Below are positions 17,129 to 26,113 of a stretch of 64,000 nt of DNA, piece by piece. The stretch lies in IMG/VR virus record IMGVR_UViG_3300045988_129927. One strand, given 5' to 3'. A model generated the notes under the pieces. It was not told the DNA's origin and did not search any database. It saw only the letters and a program-made list of their open reading frames with translations. The position numbers and the translations under genes were made by a program. Source of the DNA: a virus. The first letter of the stretch is position 1; each line of letters opens with the position of its first letter.

Positions 17129-17809
17129 ATGAATAATGCCAGAAAAGCAGCGACTGATTTAGCTGTAGAATTTATTGGTAAGCTATTACCAAAAACCAAT
17201 AACGCTGAACTAACTCGGCAGCGTTTAGATAGGTTAAGCGACAAAGAATTTGAAGAATTAATGCATTCATTTAAGAATGAAAAAGATTACTTACAGTTAT
17301 TCTCACCAATTGGTGATGATGATGCCCGTCTGAATATGGACAATTTACATAAAGTAGGACACGAGTACGGTATTGAGTTTTACCATAAGATTTGGATGCC
17401 TGAAGAAGACGGTAGTTGGGAATTATCAAATAAAGAAGCGATGATTGTTTATCTCCCTATCCGTGTACAACAGCAATTGATTTCTAAAAAGATTTCTATT
17501 CCTAAAGACAATAACCATGTCGACTTCTATACAGGACAAGCTACTGGTCCTAATTCAAAAGGTGCACGTGTATCTTATCCTGAAGTCAATATGTTGTTAG
17601 CCATGGGTCTAAATAAAACTGTGGAAGAAATGATGCACTTTAGGGGTGGTTCTGAAAAAGGTATGCGTCTATTAGAGCAATCTATTTCTCAAATGGGTAG
17701 GGCTTCAGCAGATGCCTTAAAACCATATAGTGGTGAAGTAGGTGCAACCTTAATGCTTCATTCTTATTTAACAGCAATGATGTTAAAATCTACATTATTG
17801 CAAAAATAA
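17129..17809 (+). CDS. RNA polymerase beta-subunit C-terminal fragment-like protein
   Basis: Three collinear blocks resemble the last ~190 residues of bacterial RpoB (E. coli sequence recalled from memory). LDRLSDKEFEELMHSFKNE matches LSTFSDEEVMRLAENLRKG. MIVYLPIRVQQQLISKKI matches TVGYMYMLKLNHLVDDKM. TGQATGPNSKGARVSYPEVNMLLAMGLNKTVEEMMHFRGGSEKG matches [46 protein letters not shown]. Confidence 0.55.
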   Translation: MNNARKAATDLAVEFIGKLLPKTNNAELTRQRLDRLSDKEFEELMHSFKNEKDYLQLFSPIGDDDARLNMDNLHKVGHEYGIEFYHKIWMPEEDGSWELSNKEAMIVYLPIRVQQQLISKKISIPKDNNHVDFYTGQATGPNSKGARVSYPEVNMLLAMGLNKTVEEMMHFRGGSEKGMRLLEQSISQMGRASADALKPYSGEVGATLMLHSYLTAMMLKSTLLQK

Positions 17810-17821
17810 AAGGAAACCAAA

Positions 17822-18388
17822 ATGGAAGATGTAGACATTGACCTGACACAAGAACAAAGTGATGTAGAAGTAGCATATGCTTATACTACTAATTATATCG
17901 CTAAATTAGACCAAGAGATTAAAGAAGATAATTCTTTTTCAAAAAGAATAGAAAAAGAACTTTATCGCAGTAGTGCACATGTTCTTTCTAGATTCGACGA
18001 GCGTAAACAATTACCTTTATTCTTTACCACAAGTACAGACAATAAACTGTCTTCTTACATTAATAGTTTATTTAAAATAGAGAAAATTCAAGACATTTAT
18101 CGTTATCTTACATCAGGTACAGAAGAAGCTAATTTAATAGCTAATATCTTACAAGATATTTATTGTCACTTTAAGTTAAATAACCATGGACTATACGATG
18201 ATGTTCGTCTTTATATCAATACATTGGTTAGAGACCTTAATAGTCAAAATCTAGCAGAAGACATTACTAAGAATTATCTTATTAGACCTGATATTTGGAT
18301 ATTTATTGTTTTACAGACATTTACTAAATTAAACTATAAAGACTGTGTGTTGTACTATATTTTAAGTGAATCTACTTTGAAAGGATAA
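17822..18388 (+). CDS. Hypothetical protein
   Basis: 188-aa ORF with RBS AAAGGAAACCAAA, in the same unit as the beta-like gene. Confidence 0.6.
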   Translation: MEDVDIDLTQEQSDVEVAYAYTTNYIAKLDQEIKEDNSFSKRIEKELYRSSAHVLSRFDERKQLPLFFTTSTDNKLSSYINSLFKIEKIQDIYRYLTSGTEEANLIANILQDIYCHFKLNNHGLYDDVRLYINTLVRDLNSQNLAEDITKNYLIRPDIWIFIVLQTFTKLNYKDCVLYYILSESTLKG

Positions 18389-18392
18389 CTAA

Positions 18393-19199
18393 ATGATTAA
18401 TAAAGAAGTCCAAAAGAAACATGGGTTTCTGGTTAGTCTAGATGAATTATTCGACACTCGATTAGCTGTACTAGAGATGATGGACTTTGAAAAAGCAGAT
18501 GAATTACAAGTCACAGGTTTCTTTACACGAGAAAGAGACGAGTTTCCAGGTATAGACTTATACGAGTTTCGTAAACGCTATGCTGAAAGAAACATTGCTG
18601 TATTGGCTAATTCTACCATGACTAATCTCATGATTAATCTTCGAGACATCATTGGTTCTTATATTGTAGAAAATACATACGAGAACAAAGAAGCAGAAGT
18701 GGACTTAGTATTAAACACTTATCCTTATCAATTAACCAAAGAAGAATTAAATGACATGGTAACCTGTATTAAACTTCATTTAGGTAATATTGTTCCAGTA
18801 AGGGTAATTCACCAACCTCTTAAGAAAATTAGTAGTGATTGGTTAGATGACAATGTGGTTTCATTCTATTGTTACGACTGGAATGAGTGGTTAACGCACC
18901 ATTATACAGAGTTTATTAAGAAACGACTAGAAACAGTGGTGATGTTGTGTCCACGTATTGCTCCATTGTCTAATCAAGAAGGTCTTAATCAGGTAAATGA
19001 AATTAATAAAGAAATCGAATCTGTTAAAATCATTTCAGAAAAAGACTTAGAGTCTGAAGACTTTAATGAAGACTCATTTGGTGCTATTGAATCTATTTGT
19101 AAACACGCTGGATTAAACTTATCTTTTGTAGATACCCGTTTATTCTGTCGTATGTTACCTAATGATGTACCTACACCAACAGAAAAGTTTAAGTATTAA
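18393..19199 (+). CDS. Hypothetical protein
   Basis: 268-aa ORF with RBS GAAAGGATAACTAA, starting 4 nt after the previous stop. Confidence 0.65.
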   Translation: MINKEVQKKHGFLVSLDELFDTRLAVLEMMDFEKADELQVTGFFTRERDEFPGIDLYEFRKRYAERNIAVLANSTMTNLMINLRDIIGSYIVENTYENKEAEVDLVLNTYPYQLTKEELNDMVTCIKLHLGNIVPVRVIHQPLKKISSDWLDDNVVSFYCYDWNEWLTHHYTEFIKKRLETVVMLCPRIAPLSNQEGLNQVNEINKEIESVKIISEKDLESEDFNEDSFGAIESICKHAGLNLSFVDTRLFCRMLPNDVPTPTEKFKY

Positions 19200-19215
19200 T
19201 TTTCTAATACATGTT

Positions 19216-19290
19216 TTATATGAGAAAGATGTCGGGTTTTTCTCGTCCATGAGAATGAAACAAATTTTCGCCATATTTTTGTTTCATCAT
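19216..19290 (-). CDS. Candidate 24-codon small ORF (MMKQKYGENLFHSHGREKPDIFLI)
   Basis: It is below the ORF-track size cut-off. On the minus strand TAAGGAACTAAC precedes ATGATG. It lies in the 164-bp gap just downstream of hairpin 19314..19345. There is no other support. Confidence 0.2.
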   Translation of the reverse strand: MMKQKYGENLFHSHGREKPDIFLI

Positions 19291-19313
19291 GTTAGTTCCT
19301 TAGTGTTAACATA

Positions 19314-19345
19314 CTACTACTCTACCTAAAAAGGTAGAGTAGTAG
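19314..19345. terminator. Bidirectional hairpin at the left edge of the receptor-binding cassette
   Basis: CTACTACTCTACC taaaaa GGTAGAGTAGTAG: a 13-bp perfect stem whose core is identical to hairpin 29616..29652. Confidence 0.7.
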
Positions 19346-19363
19346 CTATGTCTTTTATGCTAT

Positions 19364-20614
19364 TTATTTTTTAACTAATGTCAATAGATTAAAGAAGTAA
19401 GCAGATGGGATACGATATCTGTCCGTAGGCTGACGTGCATCATTGTAATAACTATTCTCCGTTAAAGGCCAGCTCTTATTATACAAACGTGGACGATACT
19501 GACAGTCTGCAGTTTCTAATACATAAGTATCACCGTCTTTAATAGTAACATATTCTTCAAATTTACCCAATCGTGTCATCATGGGTAATTTAGGTTTGTA
19601 TTCTGTTAAATAGTTATTTGGAATACCACGCATTCTAGGATAAGTAATGTCTCTAAATACTTCAGTATTATCCAGTAAGACAATAAAAGAATAACTGAGT
19701 GTCAAGTATTTCTTAATAAAGTCATCTGAATAAACATCTGTTAAGATTAGATTAGTTTCACCGTATTTCTTATCAAATAAAGTATCACCGTAATCTAAGT
19801 CATCGTTACTTAAATGAATACGTTCTAACAAAGGTACATTTTTTAATTTAACTTTTACAGCACTGTCTGAAATACGACTAAACACTTCGTAATCTAAGAC
19901 ATGCATGAAACCACCTAGTATTAGAATAATGGTTTTATTACTACAGTCTTCACCAATATCAATCACGCACTCATGGTATAAACTAACTTTCTCATTTAAC
20001 TTACTAATCATTTCTTTACGAATAGGTATTTGTTTCAAAGCACCTAGATTCTCAAAACTAATGACACCAATACAGTGTTTCTTTCTCTTCTTAATGGTCT
20101 TATAACCATCTTCTACCCATAACCCTTTACTGTTAGCATCTGTTTGATGGACATAACCATTGACAGTAAATAAAGTATATTTCTGTAACTCTACTGGATT
20201 AACTCCTTTTTTAGTAATAAATAAATCATTATAGATATACTTATCACTAAAGTCACCGTCAGGCAATAATCCTTTTCTAACAGGTACAATCTTAAATCGA
20301 TTACTTAATGCTTCTTTATAAAGTAAACCAGACTTACTAATCTCTGTACTACCAGGAGTTAATTTAAAACCTTTCTCACCAATTCTATCTAAGTATCGAA
20401 AGAAGGTTTCATTAGCTCTTAATTCAGTCTCGTAATCGTCTACAGTAATCACACCACTCTTTTTAGTATACTTGTTAAAAAGAGTAGCACGTATGGTATT
20501 ATAACGTTTATATAATTTATCTAAAGGGTATTTCTTTAAATCTACTGGTTCCCATTGTGCTTGGGAGCCAATCACTCTACCCATTGCTGATTTAATTTCA
20601 TATGCAGCAGCCAT
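19364..20614 (-). CDS. Hypothetical protein (possible baseplate or fibre-associated protein, by position only)
   Basis: Start moved to the ATG at 20614 (MAAAYEIK...) after TAGGAGAATTTAC. It is transcribed divergently from tail-fibre gene 1. Confidence 0.65.
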   Translation of the reverse strand: MAAAYEIKSAMGRVIGSQAQWEPVDLKKYPLDKLYKRYNTIRATLFNKYTKKSGVITVDDYETELRANETFFRYLDRIGEKGFKLTPGSTEISKSGLLYKEALSNRFKIVPVRKGLLPDGDFSDKYIYNDLFITKKGVNPVELQKYTLFTVNGYVHQTDANSKGLWVEDGYKTIKKRKKHCIGVISFENLGALKQIPIRKEMISKLNEKVSLYHECVIDIGEDCSNKTIILILGGFMHVLDYEVFSRISDSAVKVKLKNVPLLERIHLSNDDLDYGDTLFDKKYGETNLILTDVYSDDFIKKYLTLSYSFIVLLDNTEVFRDITYPRMRGIPNNYLTEYKPKLPMMTRLGKFEEYVTIKDGDTYVLETADCQYRPRLYNKSWPLTENSYYNDARQPTDRYRIPSAYFFNLLTLVKK

Positions 20615-20751
20615 GTAAATTCTCCTACACGCTCGAGACAAATATATGAATATTTGCGACAGGCGCATTATAGATTAATAAATAAGTATTAACGGTATTT
20701 TTTTATATTCCGTTAGTCGTACTAAAAGTTTCATAAATTCGAGGAATTGAT

Positions 20752-23589
20752 ATGGCACAAAATACAAATCCTGTTTATGCATTTGACCCTAACGGGATAA
20801 ATCAAAACAACATTATCCGGAATGAACGACATACTGTAACCATTAAGAATAATTACGACTTTAACTACATTGTACCAGACTATGCTCCTTTCTTTGTTAA
20901 TGATTTTAAAATGTATACATTAACACAGCAAGGTGCTAAGAATTACATGGTTGAAGGTGTAGACTACGTATTTGGCTTTAGGTTTATTCAAGCCACCATG
21001 CGAGCCGGTAAAGTACTCTATGGTTCAGTACAATTCATTAATCGAAAATTTAGCGGTGATGTGTACTTAGAATATCGTACAGTAGGCGGTATTTGGAACA
21101 TCGATGCTCAAAAAATTAACCACATTCTATCAGAATGGATGCATAACCCAGTTACTACTTCTTGGGAACAAGTGGCTGACCTACCTGCACAGTTCCCAGT
21201 AATCGAACATACTCATGACATTAATAAAATGCCTGGTATTGAAGAATTGATTGCTGAAGTACGTAAGTTAGGTTCTGCGTCACGTGAATCATTACAAGAA
21301 TCCATTATTAACCAAGTAAACCTAGCAGTAGGTCGTATTACTAAGAATGATATTGGTTTAGGTAACATCCGTAACTTATCTACATTACCTGCTACTAAAT
21401 ATACTGACCGTAGTGAAGACTATTATGTTACACCTAAGTCTGTAGTAGGTATTATTGATAACTACATCAAACCCATGATTGTTGAACACATCAATGCACG
21501 CGGTAATGTACACCACTTAACCGCTGCTGATATTGGTGCAATCACGACATTAGATTTAAATAATGCTTTATCTGGTAAATTAGGTAAAAATGAGAAAGCC
21601 GCCGATACTACATTAATGGATGGCCGTAACTCTCAACAACTTAAAAACTGGATATTAGAAGGTACTTCAGCCAACACCATTAAGTTTAATAACTTAACTT
21701 ATCCGCAAATGATGGAAGACGTAACTAACCGTATTAACTCTTCTATCCAAAGTGCTACAGGTAGTAATAACGAAGCCATCATGCAACGTTTAAATAATAC
21801 TACAGTAGGTAATACTCAGCGATTTGGTAATAAAACACCAGATGAATATGCTGCTTGGCTATTGGCTAAAGAAATCAATGCTACGACCTTAAATGGTAAA
21901 AACTTAACGACTATTTTAAGTGAAGCTAAAAATAATGTCAATGCAGCACAGTTAAATGGCTCTACTAAAGAACAAATTATTGCTTCTGCTAAACAGAATG
22001 TGAATGCTGCTCGATTAGAAGGTAAGTCAGTATCTGATTTGAAATTTGAATTTCAAAGAGATATTGTAGCAAACAATGTAAGTAATGCAGTCGTAGATAG
22101 AATCACACAAACTGTACGTACTAATATTGCTGGTAACTTAGACGCTGCTACTTTAGGTGGTAAATCAGCTGCTGCTATTATTAACGAAGCGAAAAACAAC
22201 GTCACTCAAGTAGGTGGTTTAACAGTTGACCAAATCGTTGCTAAGTCTTTACAACAAGCTAATAACAGTGTGAATGCAGGTTCATTTGGCGGTAAGACAC
22301 CCGCAGCGTGGCGTGAAGAGATTCGTCAATCTCACGTGTCAGACTCTGACCAATTAGCAGGTAAATCATTAGCGACTATTAAGACTGAAATTGAAAATGA
22401 AAACCGTAATGCTTTTACTAAGAACTTTGTAAACATGGGTACTGGCGTAGACCAATTAGCACCTACAGCTAATGCAAATATCTTGAAGATGGGTTGGTCT
22501 AATAAGAAACAAGTCATGGCTACCGTAGACAGTAAAAACTTAGGTTACTTATTCAGATTTGTTAAAGTATTGACTAGTGAAGATTTGAATACACTTAAAG
22601 GTGATGAACACTATGGTTTCTATTCTCAAGACGCTAACGTTAATGCTACGACTGCGAGAAACTACCCAGAACAAAGAGCAGGTACACTTTGGGTAATGCC
22701 AGGTGCTTACCAAGGTTTACAATTCTATACAGTGTTTAGTACTGGTAATACTTATTTCCGTACTACTGAATACGATGGTAGTTGGGGTAATTGGATGTTG
22801 ACCAGTGTATCAGAGAGTCGTATTTCTCATTCTACTACAGGTACAGATACGACTAAAGTAGCTTCTGAAAAAGCAGTAGGTGATTTAAAACGTGCTACTG
22901 ATACTAACCTAGATACTAAAGTAGGTAAAGAAGGTAATCAAGCAATTAATGGCCAACTGCAAGTAGGCAAACAAAATGAGTGGACGAAGATTCAAATGCC
23001 ATCAGGTAATGGTAAATGGATTTTTGAAACACTTCCTACCTCCAATGTTACTGGTGCAACCAAAGTATATCCTCGTTTGAATCTGAAGTATTCTGAAGGA
23101 AGTAATAACTACTTAGTTCGATTCCCAGAAGTTAGTAAAGATGAAACTGTGGTGTATAAATCTTATTTAGATACTGCTGCTACACAAGCCATTAATCAGG
23201 CTGTGGCTAAAGTCTATAATGAAGGTGGCGTATTTAAGAAGAAAATCACTTTGACTCCAAATAATTCTGCTGACTTAGACATCTTAGGTTCTGCTGCTCG
23301 TAATAGTGGTTTTAAATTTAAAGAAGACGGCAGTATCCTAACTAAGGTTGCTAGTAAAGATAGAGTAATTATTGAACCAGATGGTAGCATGACGATTTAT
23401 ACTGGTACAGGTGCACGAGTATTAATTGATAACAATGGTAATGTTAAATCTTTCTCTGCTGCTAATCAAATGGTATTTAATTCAGGTGATATGGAAAACA
23501 CAATTATCAATACGATAAAGAGTTTCCTATTAGACAGTAATTCTAATAAACTTAAAACTGAATTTGTACCTCCTGCTCGCTGGAGTTAA
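20752..23589 (+). CDS. Tail fibre protein 1
   Basis: 945 aa. The N-terminal ~170 aa are homologous to the next gene. Fibre motifs DLPAQFPVIEHTHD and EHINARGNVHHLTAADIG are present. A series of degenerate xxGK(S/T)xxxI..AKNNVNAA repeats follows. RBS is GAGGAATTGAT. Confidence 0.8.
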   Translation: MAQNTNPVYAFDPNGINQNNIIRNERHTVTIKNNYDFNYIVPDYAPFFVNDFKMYTLTQQGAKNYMVEGVDYVFGFRFIQATMRAGKVLYGSVQFINRKFSGDVYLEYRTVGGIWNIDAQKINHILSEWMHNPVTTSWEQVADLPAQFPVIEHTHDINKMPGIEELIAEVRKLGSASRESLQESIINQVNLAVGRITKNDIGLGNIRNLSTLPATKYTDRSEDYYVTPKSVVGIIDNYIKPMIVEHINARGNVHHLTAADIGAITTLDLNNALSGKLGKNEKAADTTLMDGRNSQQLKNWILEGTSANTIKFNNLTYPQMMEDVTNRINSSIQSATGSNNEAIMQRLNNTTVGNTQRFGNKTPDEYAAWLLAKEINATTLNGKNLTTILSEAKNNVNAAQLNGSTKEQIIASAKQNVNAARLEGKSVSDLKFEFQRDIVANNVSNAVVDRITQTVRTNIAGNLDAATLGGKSAAAIINEAKNNVTQVGGLTVDQIVAKSLQQANNSVNAGSFGGKTPAAWREEIRQSHVSDSDQLAGKSLATIKTEIENENRNAFTKNFVNMGTGVDQLAPTANANILKMGWSNKKQVMATVDSKNLGYLFRFVKVLTSEDLNTLKGDEHYGFYSQDANVNATTARNYPEQRAGTLWVMPGAYQGLQFYTVFSTGNTYFRTTEYDGSWGNWMLTSVSESRISHSTTGTDTTKVASEKAVGDLKRATDTNLDTKVGKEGNQAINGQLQVGKQNEWTKIQMPSGNGKWIFETLPTSNVTGATKVYPRLNLKYSEGSNNYLVRFPEVSKDETVVYKSYLDTAATQAINQAVAKVYNEGGVFKKKITLTPNNSADLDILGSAARNSGFKFKEDGSILTKVASKDRVIIEPDGSMTIYTGTGARVLIDNNGNVKSFSAANQMVFNSGDMENTIINTIKSFLLDSNSNKLKTEFVPPARWS
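21844..22371 (+). repeat. Degenerate in-frame fibre repeats inside tail fibre gene 1
   Basis: Protein repeats include LNGKNLTTILSEAKNNVNAAQ, LNGSTKEQIIASAKQNVNAAR, LEGKSVSDL, LGGKSAAAIINEAKNNVTQV, FGGKTPAAW and LAGKSLATIKTEI. The DNA copies are diverged. Confidence 0.6.
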
Positions 23590-23595
23590 TAAGAT

Positions 23596-23631
23596 AAATT
23601 ACTACGGTGAAATAAATCACCGTAGTAATTT
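23596..23631 (+). terminator. Hairpin between the two tail fibre genes
   Basis: AAATTACTACGGTGA aataaa TCACCGTAGTAATTT: a 15-bp perfect stem. Confidence 0.7.
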
Positions 23632-23647
23632 TATCGAATATCTTTGA

Positions 23648-23658
23648 GTGTTTATATT
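23648..23658 (+). promoter_or_regulatory. GTGTTTATATT box upstream of tail fibre gene 2
   Basis: See 17090..17100. Confidence 0.3.
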
Positions 23659-23676
23659 AAAATAAGGAATTTAGAA

Positions 23677-26061
23677 ATGCCTATTTCACCAGAAATGAAA
23701 ATTCGGTATGAGTTCGATAAATCAGGACGAAATCCGAATAACTTAGTATCTGAGGAAGGTCATGTACTGAACGATAGAGAAGTTAGAATTATTTCTCCTA
23801 GACACGCTCATTTTTATATTGAAAGTGTCGTGATTAAAGATAAGAAAACTAACCAAGTCGTTCCACGTGCTTCTTACTTCTTCGAAGATACTTCAGAAAC
23901 CATTGCAGGGTTAACAGGTTTAGGTGCAGCCTCTACCATTGTCTTAGTAGATAAAACAGTAAGTAAGAATATTTCTGTAACATACCAAGCAGTAGGTGGT
24001 CAGTTTACTTCTATCGATATCCCTGCATTACAAAATAAATTAAACAGTCTTAATTTAGACAACCGACCAGTGTCTTGGTTGAATATTGCTAATAAACCAG
24101 ATGCATTCCCACCAGCAGAACACTTCCATCCTATTTGGCAAACTTACGGTTACGAAGGTTTAATCTACGTTATTGAACGTTTGATTAAAGCCACCTTAAT
24201 TGGTGATGAGGAATCCCATAATGTGATTTGGGAAGCCATTGGTGGATTTGATGCTAAGTTAGAGAAACTAAAAAATAAAGTAGATGTTGATGTTGCTAAC
24301 TTAATTGGTGATAACAATAATGGTATTACTAATAAGTTAGAAGAACTGAAACGTCAAATTAACAATGACATTCTTAACAAAGTAAGAGGCTTGCAAACAT
24401 CTCTAGATAACCACATTAACGCACGTGGTAATGTCCATGGTTTAACATTAGACAATATTAAACAGTTAGGTGTATATTCTAAACCAGAGATTGATGAGCG
24501 TGTAGGTGCGTTAAATACCAGTATCAATACCCTAAAAGGGACTATGTATACTAAACAACAAGTAGACGCATTATTGCCTCCTATTCGTGATTCTATTACA
24601 CAATTGGAAGGTGTAGTCAATGCAGATAAGAAAAACTTAGCTGACAATTACTATAACAAGCAGAATGTAGATAGTAAAGATACTGCTGTAAAAGATTTTG
24701 CTTGGTCTAATAAAGCCATTATGGAAAACATTGTAAGTAAAATGTTATTTGGTAAGTACACACAACCAGGTAAACAGATTACTCGTGAGAATGGCACTAA
24801 AGCTAACTTAGATGAATCTGAAATCAATACAGAAATGAGACGCGTATTTGGTAATACACCTAAATTAGCGAAAGACATTATTCCTATTTCTACAGCGGCT
24901 AATAACCAATTGCGTTGGAATGGTGATGGCTTGTACTATGGTAACGTACCAGATGATATCTTTGCTAACGTTTATGTAGACCCAGACGCTGGTTTAGATG
25001 AACCTATTACGTTTGAGAATAAACGTGGTACGAAAGAAAAACCATTGGCTACTATTGGTTATGCCCTAGCTCAAGGCCCATCAGATGTACGTCGTACTAT
25101 TCTTTTAAAAGAAGGTAAGACTCACGTTATTGGTAAACGATTGGTTTCTGTAACAGGTACGACTGCTACATACGAATCTAATCCAGTAAACCATAAAGAC
25201 GGTAATGAAGTACACTTTAGAGGTGGTAATATTGAATTCATCCCTTATGGTCCTAATACCGACGAAATCTACGCTAAAGCTCGTGCTATTCGTACTAGAT
25301 TTAATGATTATGCAAATACTTCAGAAGAGCGTCAACAAGAGATTATTAATCTTGGCTGTAAGATTGAATTTAGAGGTGCTTATGTAGGTAATAACTTAAC
25401 AAGAGGTGGTAAAACATATCCTACCTTTACTCGTTATTGTTTGTCTATTTCTAATAACACCAATTTGTCTTTTACTGGTTTAACTATTGTTTATAATACA
25501 GACCCTGTAGCAGACGCTAAAGTAAAAGCAGACGAATTTGTTTATTCTTCTACTAATATCTTTAACTGGTGGAATACATTTACCATTAACTTCCAAGGTT
25601 GTGCATTCAGCACTGGTGAGAGAGCGGCTTATGATAACAAAGGTGGTAAGATGACCATTAACTTGTTCTCACCATCTGTAGCTGCTCAGACATTCTCATT
25701 TGATAACTGTTGGATGACTAAGAGATTCTATACTGGTGAAAACAATGTGATTGAGTTTGGTAACTCTACTAACTCTGCGATTAAGTTTAACCGATTAGAT
25801 AGAGACATTGTAGGCATGCCTACATTTGTACCAGGTAAGACTTATTATACTGGTTTGAAGATTAAGTCAGGTATCTTCTTCAATGTTAAAACAAACATTG
25901 AACCTACACAAGCAGAAGAACTTAATACCAATAAAGCAGGTGCACCTAGTGGTACACGCCCTGCTGAAATTGAGGTATTAGGTGATAAAGTATTTGCTGT
26001 TTACCATGATGGCAATACTATTCAACGTATTCAAGTATCTCCTGCACGTTGGGCTGGTTAG
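23677..26061 (+). CDS. Tail fibre/tailspike protein 2 (paralogous N-terminus, different distal domain)
   Basis: Start at the ATG at 23677 after ATAAGGAATTTAGAA. The N-terminus is collinear with fibre 1 (FDKSGRNPNNLVSEEGHVL, YQAVGGQFTSID, NKPDAFPPAEHFHP, NHINARGNVHGLTLDNI). The distal ~350 aa look beta-helix-like. The C-terminus SPARWAG parallels PPARWS of fibre 1. Confidence 0.75.
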   Translation: MPISPEMKIRYEFDKSGRNPNNLVSEEGHVLNDREVRIISPRHAHFYIESVVIKDKKTNQVVPRASYFFEDTSETIAGLTGLGAASTIVLVDKTVSKNISVTYQAVGGQFTSIDIPALQNKLNSLNLDNRPVSWLNIANKPDAFPPAEHFHPIWQTYGYEGLIYVIERLIKATLIGDEESHNVIWEAIGGFDAKLEKLKNKVDVDVANLIGDNNNGITNKLEELKRQINNDILNKVRGLQTSLDNHINARGNVHGLTLDNIKQLGVYSKPEIDERVGALNTSINTLKGTMYTKQQVDALLPPIRDSITQLEGVVNADKKNLADNYYNKQNVDSKDTAVKDFAWSNKAIMENIVSKMLFGKYTQPGKQITRENGTKANLDESEINTEMRRVFGNTPKLAKDIIPISTAANNQLRWNGDGLYYGNVPDDIFANVYVDPDAGLDEPITFENKRGTKEKPLATIGYALAQGPSDVRRTILLKEGKTHVIGKRLVSVTGTTATYESNPVNHKDGNEVHFRGGNIEFIPYGPNTDEIYAKARAIRTRFNDYANTSEERQQEIINLGCKIEFRGAYVGNNLTRGGKTYPTFTRYCLSISNNTNLSFTGLTIVYNTDPVADAKVKADEFVYSSTNIFNWWNTFTINFQGCAFSTGERAAYDNKGGKMTINLFSPSVAAQTFSFDNCWMTKRFYTGENNVIEFGNSTNSAIKFNRLDRDIVGMPTFVPGKTYYTGLKIKSGIFFNVKTNIEPTQAEELNTNKAGAPSGTRPAEIEVLGDKVFAVYHDGNTIQRIQVSPARWAG

Positions 26062-26071
26062 ACATAAAGTA

Positions 26072-26111
26072 AATTATACTACACTAGGAAATATCCTAGT
26101 GTAGTATAATT
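26072..26111. terminator. Bidirectional hairpin between convergent genes
   Basis: AATTATACTACACTAGGA aata TCCTAGTGTAGTATAATT: an 18-bp perfect stem. Confidence 0.75.
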
Positions 26112-26113
26112 AT

